From contig JBFJHJ010000004.1 of the NCBI GenBank assembly GCA_041613315.1, positions 49,931 through 113,930 on the forward strand: a stretch of 64,000 bases of DNA, read 5' to 3'. The position numbers were made by a program, and so were the translations under genes. Position 1 is the first letter of the stretch. Every line of letters begins with the position of its first letter. The stretch is from Gemmatimonadales bacterium (GTDB taxonomy: Bacteria; Gemmatimonadota; Gemmatimonadetes; Gemmatimonadales; GWC2-71-9). Under the pieces are notes generated by a model. That model was given only the letters and a program-made list of their open reading frames with translations, was not told the DNA's origin and made no database searches. Shown one piece after another: positions 61,230 to 64,000 of this stretch.

Positions 61230-62365
61230 GGCCGGATCAGGAAGGAGAAGCCGATGTTCCAAGCCCGCTCGCGTATGCCGGCGCCGTCGCGGTGGCTGCG
61301 CTCCACGGCGAAATCGATGACGGCGCGGTTCCGGGCGAACGGCAGGCTCGAGCCGAACGTCACGTCGATCTCGCGCGGTTGGGCGTCCGTCGGACTGAAC
61401 GGCAGCTGGGCGTAGCGGAAGCCGATCCGCAACGGGAGCGATGAGACCCCGAGGTCGCGCCCGCCAAGCTGAACGCCGGTGCCGACTTCCCAGGTGTCGA
61501 AGGCGCGGGCGCCGGTCGGCGCGACGCCGTCCTGCGACACCGACCACTGGTGCCATATCCCTGTCACCGAGAGGCGCAGACCCCTCGTCGGCGCGAGCAT
61601 CAGCCCGCCCGTGACGGAGGTGGGGAGGTCGGCCGTGCGCGTGACCCGCTCATCGACACGCTCGGTCAGCTTCGTGTCGGTGCGGACCGATGCGGCGAGC
61701 CGCACGCCGGGCGTCGGCGCGAAAACCGCGCCCGCCGAGAGCCCGAATCCGGTGAATTCGACGACGCTCTGCTGGTTGATGGCGATGAACGCGCTGTCCG
61801 AGAACGAGCGCTTGGCGGTCAGTCGGGCCGCCCCCGTGATGATATGGGCGGCGACGCCGACGCTGAGCCGCCGGGACAGTTGCCAGCCGAGCGCGCCGCG
61901 CGCGTCCACCGACCCGCCGTCGGACCCGATCCGGTCCGAGACCTCCACCGGGGCACCGCGGAGCGCGATCGTGTCGATCGTCGTCACCTGAAAGGTGCGC
62001 TCGGCATACGTCGAGAAGCTCGCGGTGAAGGTGAGCGGCGTGTTGGGCACGGTGCCGGCCAGGATCGCAAGCGGGAAGCGCGTCTCCTCGAGCCCCGTCG
62101 CCGCCACGTCCGCCGACCGGTACGACCGGAACGAGGTTCCCAGGGACGCCGTGACGGTCAGCTCGCGGATCGCGGCGATGGCGGCCGGGTTCACGGCGGA
62201 CAGGGGATCGAAGGCGACCGTCCCCCCACCCAACGCGCGAGCCGGGACCGAGATCGGCCGGCCCGGGAAGCCCAGGCCCACGATGCCGAACACGGAGTTC
62301 TGCGCGGCGAGCGGCGTGCCCCACGAGACTACGACCGCCGCGAGCAGCAGGCGCCCCCACCTCAT
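61226..62365 (-). CDS. Outer-membrane beta-barrel protein (FadL/OmpP1-like)
   Basis: Signal peptide; ARALGG...NPAA hatch motif; amphipathic strands. Confidence 0.65.
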   Translation of the reverse strand: MRWGRLLLAAVVVSWGTPLAAQNSVFGIVGLGFPGRPISVPARALGGGTVAFDPLSAVNPAAIAAIRELTVTASLGTSFRSYRSADVAATGLEETRFPLAILAGTVPNTPLTFTASFSTYAERTFQVTTIDTIALRGAPVEVSDRIGSDGGSVDARGALGWQLSRRLSVGVAAHIITGAARLTAKRSFSDSAFIAINQQSVVEFTGFGLSAGAVFAPTPGVRLAASVRTDTKLTERVDERVTRTADLPTSVTGGLMLAPTRGLRLSVTGIWHQWSVSQDGVAPTGARAFDTWEVGTGVQLGGRDLGVSSLPLRIGFRYAQLPFSPTDAQPREIDVTFGSSLPFARNRAVIDFAVERSHRDGAGIRERAWNIGFSFLIRP

Positions 62366-63570
62366 TGGACCTCCGCCACGAGCGGCACGTAGGTGATCTG
62401 GAGGAATGGCGCGAGCGCGCCGGCGCTCCCGCCGAAGCGGAGCTCGCCGAGCCGCCCCGCTTCCGGCGTGAGGCGCACGACGATGATCCGCGGCTGGCTC
62501 TGGTTCGTGCGCCACCCACGCACGAGCTGCGTGATGTCGAGCCGCAGCTCGCCCGTCGCCCCCACCAACAGCGCCGCGGCCGGCGGTATCGACCGGGGGA
62601 TCGCCAGCGGTGACTTGGGACCGAAATCTGCGGCGAGCCCGTCCGCGCGAACTTGCAGCGTATCGCCGGGCGCGCCGAACACGGCGCCGGCCAGCCGAAG
62701 GACGAGCGTAGCCCGCGACACCTCCGATTCGTCCACGATGCTGCGCGGCAACCCGACGCGGAGGAAGCTCCGCGCCGACGGCAGCCCACCAGCCGCCAAC
62801 ACGTCCGCGGGCAGTGGCGGCGGAGCCTCGGAGACGAACGTGTCGACCGCGGGAGAGCGGGCGTCGCTTCGCGGCTCCATCTCGTTCGCCGCGTTCTCCA
62901 CTTGCACGAACCGCGTGAGGAGCGCGGAGCGACCGCCCTCGGTGGTCCCGAGATCGAGGAACGTCGGCTCAGGGCCGTGAAGCGCGATCCCGACGGCCGC
63001 GATGCGCTCGTCGGCGTCGAACGTGGGAAACGCGTCCGGCAGCACGACCGCCGTGAGGGTGCTGTCGGCGCCGAGGTCGGCCGGAACGTCGATGATCGCG
63101 ATTCGCGTGCTATCGGCGAAGAAGGGCACAAGGGCAGCCACGGAGGTCGTCGTATCCACGGTCGCGGGCAGGCGATGGAGCGCGATGCTGAGGTCGCTGC
63201 GGTTCTCGTCGCGCCGACGCACGCGCACCGTGATGCGGAAGGAGTCGAGCGCCACGATAGGCTCGGTCACACCGCCCACGACGGCGGTGATGCTGTCGGG
63301 GAACTGGGTGAACCGGAGCACACCCCGACTGGTGGGTGCCGCCCCCTCCGACACGAGTTGGAGCGACGCCGCTCGGTGCGCCGCCACGTACCCCCGGAAG
63401 GTGCTGTCGCCGCTCACGCTGCCCTGGATGATCGTGTCCACGACCTGGATGCGCGTGCTCGGACAGAACGCCGGGCAGGCCCCGGGGGCGGCGATCTCTT
63501 GCTGGCACGCCTGCGCCCCGATCCCGAGGACTCCGAGCGCGAGCACGAGGGACCGACGTCGGCGCGTCAT
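62362..63570 (-). CDS. Hypothetical lipoprotein
   Basis: Basic N-region, hydrophobic core, AQAC lipobox-like site; beta-rich; coupled to cdd and the OMP gene. Confidence 0.65.
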   Translation of the reverse strand: MTRRRRSLVLALGVLGIGAQACQQEIAAPGACPAFCPSTRIQVVDTIIQGSVSGDSTFRGYVAAHRAASLQLVSEGAAPTSRGVLRFTQFPDSITAVVGGVTEPIVALDSFRITVRVRRRDENRSDLSIALHRLPATVDTTTSVAALVPFFADSTRIAIIDVPADLGADSTLTAVVLPDAFPTFDADERIAAVGIALHGPEPTFLDLGTTEGGRSALLTRFVQVENAANEMEPRSDARSPAVDTFVSEAPPPLPADVLAAGGLPSARSFLRVGLPRSIVDESEVSRATLVLRLAGAVFGAPGDTLQVRADGLAADFGPKSPLAIPRSIPPAAALLVGATGELRLDITQLVRGWRTNQSQPRIIVVRLTPEAGRLGELRFGGSAGALAPFLQITYVPLVAEVQ

Positions 63571-63956
63571 CGCGGGAGCGCCTCGCGCCGGAAGCCATCG
63601 GGCAGGAGGTCCTTCAGGCGCCAGCGCTGCGTGCCGGCCGGGCCTACCGCGTCCACCACCAGGTCCTCGCCAAACTCGACCAGCGCCTGGCGGCACGCGC
63701 CACACGGCGCGACGGGCGGCGAGGAATCGGTGACCACGACCACGCGCCGGAAACGCCGCGCGCCGGCCGTGATCGCCGAGCCGAGCGCCACGCGCTCGGC
63801 ACAGTTGGTCAGGCCGTACGACGCGTTCTCCACGTTGGCGCCGGTGAACACGCGCCCGTCGTCGGCCTCGAGCGCCGCGCCGACGCGGTAGCGGCTGTAC
63901 GGGGCGTATGCCTGGGCCTGGGCCGCGCGCGCGGCCAGGGTCAATTGGTCATCCAC
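63567..63956 (-). CDS. cdd: Cytidine deaminase
   Basis: AYAPYSRYRVGAA, NVENASYGLTNCAER, PCGACRQ. Confidence 0.95.
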   Translation of the reverse strand: MDDQLTLAARAAQAQAYAPYSRYRVGAALEADDGRVFTGANVENASYGLTNCAERVALGSAITAGARRFRRVVVVTDSSPPVAPCGACRQALVEFGEDLVVDAVGPAGTQRWRLKDLLPDGFRREALPR

Positions 63957-64000
63957 GGTGCCACCTGTCGTAGGAACGACGTGCCCCCCGCCGCGGGCAC

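Overview
GC-rich bacterial chromosomal window; gene order and content are most consistent with Gemmatimonadota (inference, not verified by search). It has three blocks. (1) 1-25.7 kb, minus strand: a tightly coupled housekeeping run (FmdB-like zinc ribbon, argS, PfkB kinase, purM, ribD/E/BA/H, nusB, GT4, hpf, hprK, mannose-class PTS IIA/B/C/D, HPr, EI, metK, ahcY, DUF151, exported protein). It is followed by a cobalamin-riboswitch-controlled btuFCD-btuB uptake operon, recO and a window-truncated selB. (2) 25.9-53.3 kb, accessory block: a low-GC orphan with a WHH-type nuclease-like motif, a small beta-barrel OMP with a structured leader, an exported patatin, LtrA, a DAACS symporter and two tandem TolB-propeller/amidohydrolase paralogues. 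Then comes a candidate N-methyl-amine/amino-acid demethylation cluster (APC permease, AKR-Rid fusion, DUF885, stand-alone GcvT-like protein, two PYROXD2/phytoene-dehydrogenase-like flavoproteins, a Rieske oxygenase with no reductase gene) and a Zn metalloprotease. (3) 53.6-64 kb, minus strand: cdd, lipoprotein, FadL-like OMP, mtaB, miaB, ComFB, comEC, fbp, methylmalonyl-CoA mutase large subunit. The most notable observations are the GcvT/PYROXD2-pair/Rieske cluster, strong enrichment of D-(S/T)-(A/L/V/I/M/T) motifs in exported proteins (possible Bacteroidota-type O-glycosylation), and an apparent CTG start for argS. No rRNA, tRNA, CRISPR array or transposase was seen. All family assignments come from motif recognition by eye; no searches were run.
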